Positions 18,872 through 29,635 of a stretch of DNA of 64,000 nucleotides are shown here, one piece after another. The stretch covers positions 203,191 through 267,190 of the forward strand of contig OOHM01000001.1 in assembly GCA_900320405.1 (NCBI GenBank), given 5' to 3'. The stretch's first letter is position 1; each line of letters starts with the position of its first letter. The position numbers and the translations under genes were made by a program. Under the pieces are notes generated by a model. That model was not told the DNA's origin. It did not search any database and saw only the letters and a list, made by a program, of their open reading frames with translations. Origin of the DNA: an uncultured Pseudomonadota bacterium (GTDB taxonomy: Bacteria > Pseudomonadota > Alphaproteobacteria > Rs-D84).

Positions 18872-21800
18872 ATGCCAGAAATAAATGTTCGCAATAACAG
18901 TAATGTTCGTCGTACGACCGATGATAATTTGGTTGCGTTGGCAAAAAATATTGCGCGCGCATACCGTGAAATTGGTGTGCTGACCGAACGCGAATATAAC
19001 GCCGCAATGCGCGCAAATAATTTGGACGCAATAAACGATGTTATTGGTGATATTCCAAATATGGAATCTGAATTGCGTTTGCGGTTCTGCAAAAGTTTTG
19101 TTGGCAATGACACAGAAAATTTTAATGGCGCAACCCCTGCGATATTGACATACGCGTATATGGCAACGCGCGACGAAGACACGCCGATGGCACATGCGTT
19201 GGCGGCGCGCATTGATGATATGTCCGCAGATTTTGCAAATTCCGGCGGTATGGTTTTGGAAACCGGAACAAAATGGCCGTTGGTTGATATTACGAACATT
19301 GCCGATGTATACGAAGGGTTTTCTGATGCGTTAAATGCGCGTATTGCGGATTTAGATGCGGGGGCGGATGCCGAAAAAATTTCCCAGATGAAATCTAACC
19401 TGGCGCAAATGGAAACGGTGATTGCCGATTACGACCGTGCGTGGGGATTGGACAAAGTTCATGATACCGAAGCCCCGGAATATGGTAAACGTTGGGATAA
19501 ATTGAACGATGCGTTAAATCGTGCCGGATTGTTCGCGGCGACCAGGGATGCCGTAAAGAAATATAATTTTACAGATGAACACGGTGATGTTATTCCACAA
19601 ATCTTGGAAAACGGTGAATTGGACCAAGAAGGTCGTGCGGCGGCGATTTTGGATTTGGCGCGCGGCGATATTGCGCGTCGCCGCATTAGTACCGCAAACA
19701 AAAAACTTGATGCGAACGAAATTGAACAAGAATTAAACGATGAATTTTTGTTCAAATTGTACGAAACGGCAAATGCCGACAAAATCGTCAAAAAGGCCCA
19801 AGAAAATCCAGAGGTCTTTACAGACCCGCAAAGGCGGAATGATTTTGTTCGTGAAATGATGTCCCAAGGTGGCGATATTTCAGATACGGCGTACAATGCG
19901 GCGTTGGATTCGAACGCAAATGCCGTTGCCGGTTGGGCGGCGCGGTTAAAGGCAAAATTGGGCACGGCCGCAGACAATGTTGGTGGATTATGGAATAAGA
20001 TTTTTAACAAGAATCACGATGTCGATAGATTAAACAATGTTCGCATTGCGCCCCAAACCATTGATAAACGTCAAAAACGCATTGAATTGTTCAAACGTGT
20101 GTTAAAGGGATTTGCCAGTGGTTTTGTCGCCAGTATGATTATTACAACAATCGCGACTGCGGCGGCGGCAACGGCGGGAATATCGATGGCTGCATCTGTT
20201 GCGGCGATTGGGATTGTGACCGCGATTGGTATGGGCGTTGTCCAGGTTAATCGTTGGCGTCGTCGTCAACAAGATGCGGGTTTGCCAACCGATATTCGTG
20301 CATTCTTGGCGGATAAACGTCTTGTTATATCGCTTGGTGTGTCGGCAATCGCCGTTGTTGCGATGTGCTTTGGTGCCGGCGGAATGGCGGACGCCGCAAT
20401 GGCGTTGGGATATGGTGCGTTGGCATTGGGTGGAACCAAAAATGCAATTGAATCATATCGTGATGCGCGTGATTCCCGTATGTCTGTTGCAGAATCTATT
20501 GCATGGGCAATTGCGAACGCCGGTGCGGTTGTTGGTGGCGGATTGACGGGGCGTTATGTGGCGAATGTCGCGATAGACGCGTATAATAATGCAAATCCGG
20601 AAAACCGTTTGTTCCAAAATGCGACCGACCGCACGGTTGAACATACAAACACAACAACCGAGACGCGTACAGAATATACGGCCGATGCATTGGATAATGC
20701 GGAAAAAATTGCGCGTATGTGGTATCGTGATAACCCGGATATTCTGCAACAACGCGTAGATGCAATTAATGCGTATAACGCGGAACACGGAACAAATATC
20801 GACCCATATCGTGCGATTATGATAAATGGTGACGCGGGTGGTCAAACATTTGATAATATGCGCCTGCACGTCAATAACAGTCACATCGACCCGAATGTAA
20901 ATGATATATACAGTCACGGTCACCATCGTGTTTTGACCGATGCATGGGGACGCGCAAATGGATTTACGCACGAAGAATTGAATGCGGCGGCACGACTGTT
21001 TAACCCCGATGGTTCGGTAAATGCAAATGGTATGAATGTTGTATCGCGATTGGACGGTATGGTTGGTGAATCAAACACGGTTGGATATGTGGATGGACGT
21101 CCGGTTCAAACAGATGGATATTTCAAACCCAATGATGCGGCGGGTTGGACAACATACACCGATGGCCGCCCGGCGATGGTTGAAAATACATATGAAACAA
21201 CCGAAACAACATATGAAAATGTCACCGATTATACCCGTGCGCGCGGGGACGGTATGGCGGCGTATGGAAATTATAATCCCCGCGAACGCCGGACCAAATT
21301 GCGTGACCGTATCGGCACATTTTGGGACAGAATAAATAACGAAACCCCGCGTCGCGACGAACCAGTGACCGGAAAAGACGACAATCCGTTTACGCCGGTC
21401 GCAATTGAAAAACCGGTCCTTGAACCGGTGTTGGAAGACAAACCGTTGGATGAAGTTATTGCAGATGATGCGCCGGTGACGGAAAATCCGGATGTGAACT
21501 TTGATGACGTATTTGTTGCACCGGTTGATGCGGATAATGCGGAACGCGATGATGAAAAACCGAAAAACAATCCGTTTGATTTGTCGCCTGTTGCGCCGAT
21601 TGTCAAAGAAGAAAATCGGGACGATGTTTATACGCTGGACCCGGAAAACGAACCGGTTATTGAACCTGTATTGGATGACAATGAAAAGCCGGTCGCGGTC
21701 GCAGATGATAAAATTCTTGCACTGACCCGGCCCCAGGCCAAATCGTGGAAAGATTTGACTGAACGGCTTAAAAAGGTTCGTGCGAAACTGGATAAAGGTC

Positions 21801-23167
21801 CGCAAGGATCCAAGGCGGCCAAATTGCGCGCAGAAGAATCAAAATTGACATACCTTATCAACAAATTGTGTAACCAGGTTGGTCATTATGATTACGCGGC
21901 CATAGATCGTGCATCCAAAGAGGCACTTCTGCGAGAAGATTTGAATCAAAAGGCGGCGTTAATAAAGGCCGGCCCGGGCGAAAATGCAACCCAATGGGAC
22001 GAACTGGATTGGCGTAGTGAAATCGCGCAATTGGATCACAAGATTCAGAAAAAAATAGAAGAATTTGGTAAAGGCATCGAAGCGAACGCCCGTGCAGATA
22101 AACCCAGATTGCTTTTCCCGACCCCGGTTCCGGGCATTCAACGTCAAAAGAAGAATGCGCGTGGCGATATGAAATTGCCATCTGAAAACGAATTGCACCC
22201 GCATATCAGTGAAGTTATTGCGGAACAATCAATTGCGCCGGTAAAGGTTGAACAAACTGAACACAAACCAACGCGCGCGGAACGTCGTGCGGCCCGCGAA
22301 GCCGAAAAAGCGAAGCGCAAAGATGCGCGTCGCGCCGAATACCAAAGATTGGCCGCGACTATGCCGCAAAAGGTCGAAAGATTCAACCTTGTCGCTGCGT
22401 TGAAACGCGCAATTGCCAAAGAGGTTAAAAACGATAGACCCGAACGCGCATACTTTGTTCCGGAATCTTTGGAAAAATTGGTTGCAAATTCGAATTTGAT
22501 TAGTGAACCAATTACAACAATTCGTGGAATTCCGGTGCGTTTGGTTGATTTGGGTGGCAATGGCAACCCGATTACACAAAATCGCGAACATCCAATGGTT
22601 GTTGTCGAGATAATTCAAACCGTTGTTCGGGATGGATTAAAAGATACAGATTTGATACGTGTACCGTTCTATCTGGCCACGGGGTTGGAAAATCGCGCGT
22701 GGCGTCCGACCGGACATTGGTATCCATTAAGCAATGTTCAGTCCAATGGTGATATATTGGTGGAAGAAAATTACAATACGCCGGAATTATTGCATATTGC
22801 CGCGGCTTTGGACGAACGGATTGGTGATATTCGTAATTGGCGTGATGATGCGTTGACCCAAAAACGTGAATTGGCGGGGCGCACAGGCTTTGTTGGTGGG
22901 GCGGATGCAATGCAACACGTAAACCCGGACAAAGTCAAAGATATGGTATGCGAAACCATTTATGACAACCACGCGTTGTATAATTACAGCAAAAGTCGCG
23001 CGGCTGTTGCGCACGATTGGATGGAAAATGCCTTGGCACATATTCAATCGGTGGACTGGGCCGAACATAAACGCAGAATTGGTGCCGGTATCAAGAAAAT
23101 TGGTAAACGCGCACTAAGTCGCTTTGGATTCGGTAACGAAGATTATGAAGACGAATATGAACATTAA
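18872..23167 (+). CDS. Large hypothetical protein (1431 aa) with central Gly/Ala-rich hydrophobic region and acidic Pro-rich repeats
   Basis: Long ORF with SD; no recognised family motif. Confidence 0.85.
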   Translation: MPEINVRNNSNVRRTTDDNLVALAKNIARAYREIGVLTEREYNAAMRANNLDAINDVIGDIPNMESELRLRFCKSFVGNDTENFNGATPAILTYAYMATRDEDTPMAHALAARIDDMSADFANSGGMVLETGTKWPLVDITNIADVYEGFSDALNARIADLDAGADAEKISQMKSNLAQMETVIADYDRAWGLDKVHDTEAPEYGKRWDKLNDALNRAGLFAATRDAVKKYNFTDEHGDVIPQILENGELDQEGRAAAILDLARGDIARRRISTANKKLDANEIEQELNDEFLFKLYETANADKIVKKAQENPEVFTDPQRRNDFVREMMSQGGDISDTAYNAALDSNANAVAGWAARLKAKLGTAADNVGGLWNKIFNKNHDVDRLNNVRIAPQTIDKRQKRIELFKRVLKGFASGFVASMIITTIATAAAATAGISMAASVAAIGIVTAIGMGVVQVNRWRRRQQDAGLPTDIRAFLADKRLVISLGVSAIAVVAMCFGAGGMADAAMALGYGALALGGTKNAIESYRDARDSRMSVAESIAWAIANAGAVVGGGLTGRYVANVAIDAYNNANPENRLFQNATDRTVEHTNTTTETRTEYTADALDNAEKIARMWYRDNPDILQQRVDAINAYNAEHGTNIDPYRAIMINGDAGGQTFDNMRLHVNNSHIDPNVNDIYSHGHHRVLTDAWGRANGFTHEELNAAARLFNPDGSVNANGMNVVSRLDGMVGESNTVGYVDGRPVQTDGYFKPNDAAGWTTYTDGRPAMVENTYETTETTYENVTDYTRARGDGMAAYGNYNPRERRTKLRDRIGTFWDRINNETPRRDEPVTGKDDNPFTPVAIEKPVLEPVLEDKPLDEVIADDAPVTENPDVNFDDVFVAPVDADNAERDDEKPKNNPFDLSPVAPIVKEENRDDVYTLDPENEPVIEPVLDDNEKPVAVADDKILALTRPQAKSWKDLTERLKKVRAKLDKGPQGSKAAKLRAEESKLTYLINKLCNQVGHYDYAAIDRASKEALLREDLNQKAALIKAGPGENATQWDELDWRSEIAQLDHKIQKKIEEFGKGIEANARADKPRLLFPTPVPGIQRQKKNARGDMKLPSENELHPHISEVIAEQSIAPVKVEQTEHKPTRAERRAAREAEKAKRKDARRAEYQRLAATMPQKVERFNLVAALKRAIAKEVKNDRPERAYFVPESLEKLVANSNLISEPITTIRGIPVRLVDLGGNGNPITQNREHPMVVVEIIQTVVRDGLKDTDLIRVPFYLATGLENRAWRPTGHWYPLSNVQSNGDILVEENYNTPELLHIAAALDERIGDIRNWRDDALTQKRELAGRTGFVGGADAMQHVNPDKVKDMVCETIYDNHALYNYSKSRAAVAHDWMENALAHIQSVDWAEHKRRIGAGIKKIGKRALSRFGFGNEDYEDEYEH

Positions 23168-23198
23168 AAATCACGGGACATGTTCCCGTGATTTTTTA
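23166..23198 (+). terminator. Intrinsic terminator
   Basis: AAAAATCACGGGA-catgt-TCCCGTGATTTTTT. Confidence 0.8.
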
Positions 23199-23246
23199 GA
23201 ATAAAATCTATTTTATATTATGAATTTTTATGATATAATGTACGGT

Positions 23247-24194
23247 ATGAGAAAGGGGATTTTAAGTTTTATTGTTGCGTCTGTTGCGCTGAATTCTGGG
23301 GCGGCATTGGCAAATTGGCAATATTCCGGTGAATATACATACGATATGTATGCGTATGATAATGGTGGTCGTGCATCGGTGTCAATTCGTGGTGGTGCAA
23401 CCTATGCGATGTCGAAAATGGGCAACGATGTTGGTTCTGTTGTGTATTCTTATTGTGTTGACCCGGTCACCGGTGAATTGTACGCCACGGAATCCGATGG
23501 TTCGTGTGCGTCGGGTTTGGACTATGCCGGAACCGGCAGCTTGGGCAGCCTGGGGATGAGTGATTTAGGTGAAATCGCATTCAGTGGCGGTGCAAGTATT
23601 GGTTGGATTTTGCCCGATCATCCGCAATGGCGTTTGGAATTGGGTTGGGATCATTTTTCCGAAGTTGACTATAATGAAACCCCGCTTTTTCACGGTGATA
23701 TGAAATTAAGTGGCGGTGCGGTTTATGACAATTTTGCGGCCGCGTCCGTTCAATCAACCATGTCCACAGATATCATCAGCGTTATGGCGTTTTATGATTT
23801 CTTTGATGGGTATGTAAAGCCGTTGCGTACAATGATTCCGTACATTGGAATTGGGTTTGGATATGCCGATACTAAAACGGTTATGAATATTGCCGATTTG
23901 TATGGAAACCTGTCTGATTTTGAAGATTTGACCAATTTTGGCGAATTGGATGGCGGGGTTATCCATTTTTATAAATCAACAACAAATACTTCAAATATCG
24001 CGGGTGTTGCGGCATTGGGATTTTCGTATGGATTGATTGATAATTTGTTCTTGGATTTTGGCGCACGTGTGTCATATCTGCCGCGTGTTAAATATCGCCT
24101 TACCAATGCGGATGACACGCGTCACCTTGATTGGTTCAGTGCCAAGAATTTGATATACGCCAATGTTATGGTTGGTGTGCGTTTGGAATTTTAA
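23247..24194 (+). CDS. Outer membrane beta-barrel protein (8-stranded type)
   Basis: Signal peptide, RLELGW, PYIGIGFG, C-terminal VGVRLEF. Confidence 0.8.
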   Translation: MRKGILSFIVASVALNSGAALANWQYSGEYTYDMYAYDNGGRASVSIRGGATYAMSKMGNDVGSVVYSYCVDPVTGELYATESDGSCASGLDYAGTGSLGSLGMSDLGEIAFSGGASIGWILPDHPQWRLELGWDHFSEVDYNETPLFHGDMKLSGGAVYDNFAAASVQSTMSTDIISVMAFYDFFDGYVKPLRTMIPYIGIGFGYADTKTVMNIADLYGNLSDFEDLTNFGELDGGVIHFYKSTTNTSNIAGVAALGFSYGLIDNLFLDFGARVSYLPRVKYRLTNADDTRHLDWFSAKNLIYANVMVGVRLEF

Positions 24195-24200
24195 TCTGTT

Positions 24201-25721
24201 TTACTTAACACCGTATTTCCCGCGGTTTATTGGGCGGTATGATAATGCTTCGGCCAAATCGGGCATCTCTATGTTTTCGGCACCGCGCAGGTCGGCAATT
24301 GTGCGCGCAATGCGTTTAATGCGGTTATATCCGCGCGCAGACATCCCCATTTTTTCCGCCGCAGTATTCAAAAAGTTTGTCATTTCATCACTAAGCGGCG
24401 CATACTTTTCTAAATCTGCCCCATCCAGGCGTGCATTAACATAACCCTGACGCGATATTTGTGCGGTGCGTGCACGCGCAACACGCGCGCGTATTGTCGC
24501 ACTTGATTCCGTGGGCGTATTGTCTGTGCGCTTCATTTCCCACGGATTTACCGCATCAACATCCACATGTAAATCAATTCGGTCCAGTAATGGGCCGGAA
24601 ATTTTGTTTTGATATGCTTCGGCGCATCTGGGCGCGCGTGAGCAGGACAGTGCGGCATTACCCAAATGTCCGCACGGGCACGGATTCATTGCCGCAATCA
24701 ATTGGAATTGTGCCGGATATGTCGCGTTACGCCGCGCGCGTGAAATCATAATCTTGCCTGATTCCATTGGTTGGCGCAGAATTTCCATTGTTGCACGATT
24801 GAATTCCGGTAATTCATCCAAGAACAAAACACCATTGTGCGCCAAAGATATTTCGCCCGGGCGCGCGTCTGAACCGCCACCGGCCAATGCAACGGGACTT
24901 GCCGTGTGATGAACACTGCGAAATGGGCGTTGCGACATAAGGCTTTTGTTGTCCAAACCACCGGCAATAGAATAAATAATGGATGTTTCCAACATCTCGT
25001 CTGCGGTGGGACGTGGCATAATTGTTGCCAATCTTGATGCCAACATTGTTTTGCCCGACCCCGGCGGACCAACCATCAACATTGCGTGTCCACCCGCCGC
25101 GGCGATTTCCAACGCGCGTTTTGCGGCAGCCTGGCCATGAACATCGGCCATATCTATGTTGGATTCGTGTGATTCATTAATTTGTGGCGTATCGGGCACC
25201 GATAAAGGGCATTTACCATTAAAATGATTTATCAATTCTAAAACATGATGCGGTGCCAATATGTTGTCGTGCCCGGCCAGGCGCGCTTCGCCCCCCTGGT
25301 CACCCGGACAGATAATTCCAAATTTGTTTTTCCCGGCCCAAACACTGGCCGCCAATACTGCGTTGGTTTTAACAATTGTACCATTTAATCCCACTTCGCC
25401 GATGATAATGTATTTTGACAATTCGTCTTGGGGCAACACATCAAATGCGCACAGAATCCCGCACAGTATCGGCAAATCAAAATGTGCACCGCTTTTTTCC
25501 ACATCCGCCGGCGACAGGTTCACGGTCAAACGTTTTGGTGGTAATTGCAATCCCATCGCGCCAAGTACATTTACGATGCGTTCTGCAGATTCTTTGACCG
25601 CCCTGTCGGCCAGGCCAATTATCTTGAAATCTTGTTTGCCCAAACCGGCCGAAATTTGCACCTGGACATCAATTTTTGTCGCGTCCATCCCGTTAAAAAT
25701 AATAGAATTCAATGAAATCAT
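24201..25721 (-). CDS. comM: ComM/YifB Mg-chelatase-like AAA+ ATPase
   Basis: NLSPAD..KSG..FDLPI, GPPGSGKTM, PGEISLAHNGVLFLDE, AMNPCPCG, SGPLLDRID. Confidence 0.93.
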   Translation of the reverse strand: MISLNSIIFNGMDATKIDVQVQISAGLGKQDFKIIGLADRAVKESAERIVNVLGAMGLQLPPKRLTVNLSPADVEKSGAHFDLPILCGILCAFDVLPQDELSKYIIIGEVGLNGTIVKTNAVLAASVWAGKNKFGIICPGDQGGEARLAGHDNILAPHHVLELINHFNGKCPLSVPDTPQINESHESNIDMADVHGQAAAKRALEIAAAGGHAMLMVGPPGSGKTMLASRLATIMPRPTADEMLETSIIYSIAGGLDNKSLMSQRPFRSVHHTASPVALAGGGSDARPGEISLAHNGVLFLDELPEFNRATMEILRQPMESGKIMISRARRNATYPAQFQLIAAMNPCPCGHLGNAALSCSRAPRCAEAYQNKISGPLLDRIDLHVDVDAVNPWEMKRTDNTPTESSATIRARVARARTAQISRQGYVNARLDGADLEKYAPLSDEMTNFLNTAAEKMGMSARGYNRIKRIARTIADLRGAENIEMPDLAEALSYRPINRGKYGVK

Positions 25722-25804
25722 GATTTTGACATTATAGACTTGCCATAATTGAATTCAAGTTATAAAATGCGTGATGTAAAATTTTTCAAAAGAAAGGAAA
25801 GAAT

Positions 25805-26683
25805 ATGCCAAAGAAACCCAAAAATCGCGCACGTGAATGGTTTGATACACTGTTTTACGGTATTTTGATAGCGGTCGTTTTCCGCAGTTTATTTTTGGAA
25901 CCATTCAATATTCCGTCGGGTTCTATGATACCGTCGTTGCATATTGGTGACCATATTTTTGTCACAAAATGGTCATACGGTTATTCGCGTTATTCTTTCC
26001 CGTTTGGTTCGTGGAAACTGTGGAACGGTCGCGTATTCAAGAAAATGCCAAATGTTGGTGATGTTATTGTTTTTCGTAATCCGAAAAATGAATCTGTGGA
26101 TTTTGTGAAACGCCTGGTCGGGTTGCCGGGTGACCGTATCCAGGTCAAAGAAGGCCGTCTGCACATCAACGGGCAAATGTTGGAACGCAAAGATGCGCGC
26201 CCGTATGTGGTTGCGGTTTTGCCGCGTTCTTTGCGACGGGTTGGATATTTTCGTGACAATATGACGGTGCGCGGGAACAAGGTTTTGGTTGACGGTAAAC
26301 CGGCGGACTTTAATTACACCGTTGAATACAAAGACGACCGTCTGTGCCGTGCGAACGAAAGGTTATGCGGCGTTTTTCCCGCAACCGAGTATACCGAGGT
26401 TTTACCAAACGGTGTCGAACACAGTATCATAGAATTTTCGGACAGCGAATATTTGGATAACACCCCAGAATACATTGTTCCGGAAAATCATTTATTCTTT
26501 ATGGGTGACAATCGTGATAACAGCAACGACAGTCGCGCCGATGTTGGATTTGTTCCGGTGGAAAATGTATTGGGTCGCGTGTGGTTTGTGTGGTATTCGC
26601 ATAATTATGCATCGCCAATGATTGCATTTTGGAATTGGGATGCTAAGATGCGTTGGAACCGGTTCGGCCACGGTGTACATTAA
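25805..26683 (+). CDS. lepB: Signal peptidase I
   Basis: IPSGSM, FVKRLVGLPGD, MGDNRDNSNDSR. Confidence 0.96.
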   Translation: MPKKPKNRAREWFDTLFYGILIAVVFRSLFLEPFNIPSGSMIPSLHIGDHIFVTKWSYGYSRYSFPFGSWKLWNGRVFKKMPNVGDVIVFRNPKNESVDFVKRLVGLPGDRIQVKEGRLHINGQMLERKDARPYVVAVLPRSLRRVGYFRDNMTVRGNKVLVDGKPADFNYTVEYKDDRLCRANERLCGVFPATEYTEVLPNGVEHSIIEFSDSEYLDNTPEYIVPENHLFFMGDNRDNSNDSRADVGFVPVENVLGRVWFVWYSHNYASPMIAFWNWDAKMRWNRFGHGVH

Positions 26684-26694
26684 AAGGCAATAAT

Positions 26695-27327
26695 ATGAAA
26701 TTAAAATATAAATTCAAAGACGAGGCTTTATTAGATTTGGCCATGACCCAAAGTGGCGCAAACATTGGTCATAACAACGAAAAATTGGAATTTGTTGGCG
26801 ACCGCGTATTGGGCCTTTCGGTGGCAACATTGTTATATAAAATGTTTCCGGCCGAAACCGAAGGCGAATTGGCGCGCCGCTTTGCGGTATTGGTTTCGAC
26901 CGACACATTGGCATCTGTGGCGATGAAAATGGAATTGGATAAATCACTGCGTCACGGGCATTTTACGGGCGGTCGTAAACGTCACCTTATTGCGAACGCG
27001 ATGGAGGCGGTTCTTGGCGCAATGTATTTCGACAGCGGTTTTGAAGAAACATGTAAATTTATCACGGAAATTTGGCAACCACTTGCCGCGGCCGAGGCCG
27101 AAGCCCCCAAAGATTCGAAAACCAAATTGCAAGAATTTGTGCAAAAAAATGACAACGGTTCGTTGCCGGTGTACGAATTCTTGGATGTGACGGGACCGGC
27201 GCACAGCCCAATCTTTACCGCAAATGTGACGGCAATGGGACAAAGTGCAACCGGTTCGGGTACATCAAAAAAGGCGGCCAGTATTGCGGCCGCGGCGGCG
27301 TTGTTCAAAAAACTTGCAATTTCGTAA
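26695..27327 (+). CDS. rnc: Ribonuclease III
   Basis: NEKLEFVGDRVL, EAVLGA, dsRBD KTKLQE. Confidence 0.95.
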   Translation: MKLKYKFKDEALLDLAMTQSGANIGHNNEKLEFVGDRVLGLSVATLLYKMFPAETEGELARRFAVLVSTDTLASVAMKMELDKSLRHGHFTGGRKRHLIANAMEAVLGAMYFDSGFEETCKFITEIWQPLAAAEAEAPKDSKTKLQEFVQKNDNGSLPVYEFLDVTGPAHSPIFTANVTAMGQSATGSGTSKKAASIAAAAALFKKLAIS

Positions 27328-27366
27328 TTTGATAATTACAATCGATTAAAAATAAAAGGAATAAAA

Positions 27367-27726
27367 ATGTTTTCAATTTTGTTGGTTTTGTTGATTATTG
27401 TTGCGGTATTTATGACCGGTATCATCTTGTTGCAGAAATCAGAAGGCAGCGGTATGTCCGGATCTGCCGCGGCGTCTATGTTTGGTGGGGCGCTTACCGG
27501 TGCGGCGGCGGGAAATTTCCTGACCAAATTAACAACATGGTTGGCGGTGCTGTTCTTTGTATTGTGTGCGGCATTGGCAATTGTTTCGGCGAAATCGGGC
27601 ATCGGTGATGTGCAAAGTGGTCTGCGCGAAGAATTGGCGGCGGACGAATTGGCGGGCGAACCAACACCAACCCCGGCACAAACACCCGCACCGGCGGAAC
27701 CGGTCACGGTTGATGAAAATAAGTAA
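27367..27726 (+). CDS. secG: Preprotein translocase subunit SecG
   Basis: ILLQKSEG.G...FGG....NFLTKLT. Confidence 0.9.
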   Translation: MFSILLVLLIIVAVFMTGIILLQKSEGSGMSGSAAASMFGGALTGAAAGNFLTKLTTWLAVLFFVLCAALAIVSAKSGIGDVQSGLREELAADELAGEPTPTPAQTPAPAEPVTVDENK

Positions 27727-27733
27727 AGATTTA

Positions 27734-28900
27734 TTATAACGATACACTGCCTTTGTCTAGATTGGCTTTAAGTCTCCTAATTTGTTCGGACATATCTTTG
27801 CGAATATTGACAACAGTGCCGTTTGCGCGTTCTTCGGCATCCATTATAAATGTTTGTATGGTCGCACGCAGTGTCGCATTTTTGGATTTTTCGGTCCTCA
27901 ATTCGCTTTCTAACTTTGCGATTTTATCTTTCAGTGTACGAATTTCATTAATTTGTTCATCGTATGCACTGCGCATTTCGCGTTGCGATTTTTGCGCCGT
28001 GCCCAAATCGCGTTCCATTTTTTTATATTCTGGTTCCATTTTTACCAATTTCAAAGAAGCCACATCTTCGAATTGTTGTACATAGTTTCCCAATTCAAGG
28101 TTCAAAATATTATCCATAGAATATTTTTCGCGCAATTTTTTCTGTTGTTCTTGCATCATTGATACATCTTCCATGCTAATATGACCCTGGCGTTGATTAT
28201 ACTGTTTGCTTGCGATTTCATATATTACGCTGGCGATATTTGCCAATGTTGTTGCGCCAGATTTTTGTATGTTTTCGATATTTGGAAAATCTTTGGCCAA
28301 TTCGGCACCGATTGCCGCATCGACACGTACCATTTGGTCGTTCAGCATTTTTGTTAATTCTGCCGGTGCATTATCGTAATATTTTGAACCCTGGTAAACC
28401 GCATCCCGCGCAAATTGATACACATCAATCGGTTTTGCCGCCGGATTTGTCGCAATCAAATACATAATATCATCATGCAGTGTCGATTGGCTTTTTAATT
28501 CATATTGCATACCCTTAAGCAACCGCAACGCAAATTCTGGATTTTTTATCTTGCCACTTTGGCACAGGTGCATAATATTTTTCGCCGGCATTTGTAAATC
28601 ACCACGATTAAAACGTTCTGCGTACCAAATGGTAACGGTCCGCACCATATTTATAAAGTCGGCGGCGGCCGGTGAATTATCATTTCGGGCATTCCAATAT
28701 TGTTCAAATAATTTCCGAGTGTTTGGTTCTAAATCTTGTGCGAAACTGCCGATTATCTGGTACAGTGATTGTACACTTTCATTATCTTTGACCATATTTG
28801 GAAAATAACCGATACGGTCTTCGTTTGCATCCTGGGCGGCAAAAAAAGTTTCCAAAAATTCGTTCAAATTCATATATTTTGATTGCGCTTGTTCTGGCAT
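27734..28900 (-). CDS. Hypothetical protein with C-terminal coiled coil
   Basis: SD AGGAG before ATG 28900; upstream ORF-track extension runs over repeat DNA. Confidence 0.75.
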   Translation of the reverse strand: MPEQAQSKYMNLNEFLETFFAAQDANEDRIGYFPNMVKDNESVQSLYQIIGSFAQDLEPNTRKLFEQYWNARNDNSPAAADFINMVRTVTIWYAERFNRGDLQMPAKNIMHLCQSGKIKNPEFALRLLKGMQYELKSQSTLHDDIMYLIATNPAAKPIDVYQFARDAVYQGSKYYDNAPAELTKMLNDQMVRVDAAIGAELAKDFPNIENIQKSGATTLANIASVIYEIASKQYNQRQGHISMEDVSMMQEQQKKLREKYSMDNILNLELGNYVQQFEDVASLKLVKMEPEYKKMERDLGTAQKSQREMRSAYDEQINEIRTLKDKIAKLESELRTEKSKNATLRATIQTFIMDAEERANGTVVNIRKDMSEQIRRLKANLDKGSVSL

Positions 28901-29062
28901 AACAACTCTCCTTAGATTGTAATGATATTTTATCATAAAACCCGCACAGAAAAAATAAAAAATGTAAAAAAACCGACCATAAACGGTCGGTTTTGAATTT
29001 CTAAATCGCGGCTTTGTATTTACAAAGACGGATGGCCTGCCAGCCATAGCCTTGGCGAAGGG

Positions 29063-29242
29063 TGGCGCACCCAGAAGGATTGCTTCGCTTGCGCTTCGCC
29101 ACCTTGCAAAATCCGCCTTTGGCGGACCGGCGTAATTCCGCCTTTTTGCGGCGGTTCGAACCCTCTGGTCGGGTTCAAATCCCCGTTGTTCCAACGGTAA
29201 AAAACAAAAACGCCGCACAAGGCGACGTTTTTATTTTTATCC
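29063..29242 (-). repeat. tRNA-Arg 3'-end duplication element
   Basis: Last 19 nt of tRNA-Arg repeated at 29063-29081; internal GGATTTGAACCC and GAGGGTTCGAA T-arm-like pieces. Confidence 0.8.
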
Positions 29243-29319
29243 TGGCGCACCCAGAAGGATTCGAACCCTCAGTCTTCTGATCCGTAGTCAGACGCTTTAT
29301 CCAGTTGAGCTATGGGTGC
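29243..29319 (-). tRNA. tRNA-Arg(ACG)
   Basis: Cloverleaf, anticodon loop CTACGGA, encoded CCA. Confidence 0.97.
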
Positions 29320-29403
29320 AACGCACATTATTTTATACCAAAATATTCCGATTGCAAGAAAAAAGTTCTTGCCCGTTTTATGATTCTTTGATAAAATTCA
29401 TTT

Positions 29404-29612
29404 GAATCGGATGGGAATCCGTTTCGGGGCTGTAGCAGGCTCTTTGAAATACCGGTGCAGCGGCATCGTAATCCAATGGATTTTCATGTCTTTGCACCGC
29501 ATATTACCCCGCGTGGTCGGGGTGCCGATGGTTATATATCGAAGATTATCGGAGTCATTGTATTTCATGATTTGCTAACACCCCGACCGTCAATTCCCAT
29601 TGACGGTTTCTT
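29404..29612 (+). ncRNA. Unannotated structured RNA, copy 1
   Basis: TTGCCC-17-TAAAAT promoter, terminator at 3' end, homologous to 61823..62051 with compensatory changes. Confidence 0.75.
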
Positions 29613-29635
29613 ACTAGAGACAAAGAGGGAATATT

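Noticed and set aside
29404-29612. Identification as tmRNA, cobalamin or c-di-GMP riboswitch, or HDV-like ribozyme
   Set aside because: Only short resemblances (GGGGCTG, GGGAA, GGGGTGCCGATGG); no T-arm/CCA, B12 box, GEMM core or HDV J4/2 found by eye. An Rfam search is still needed
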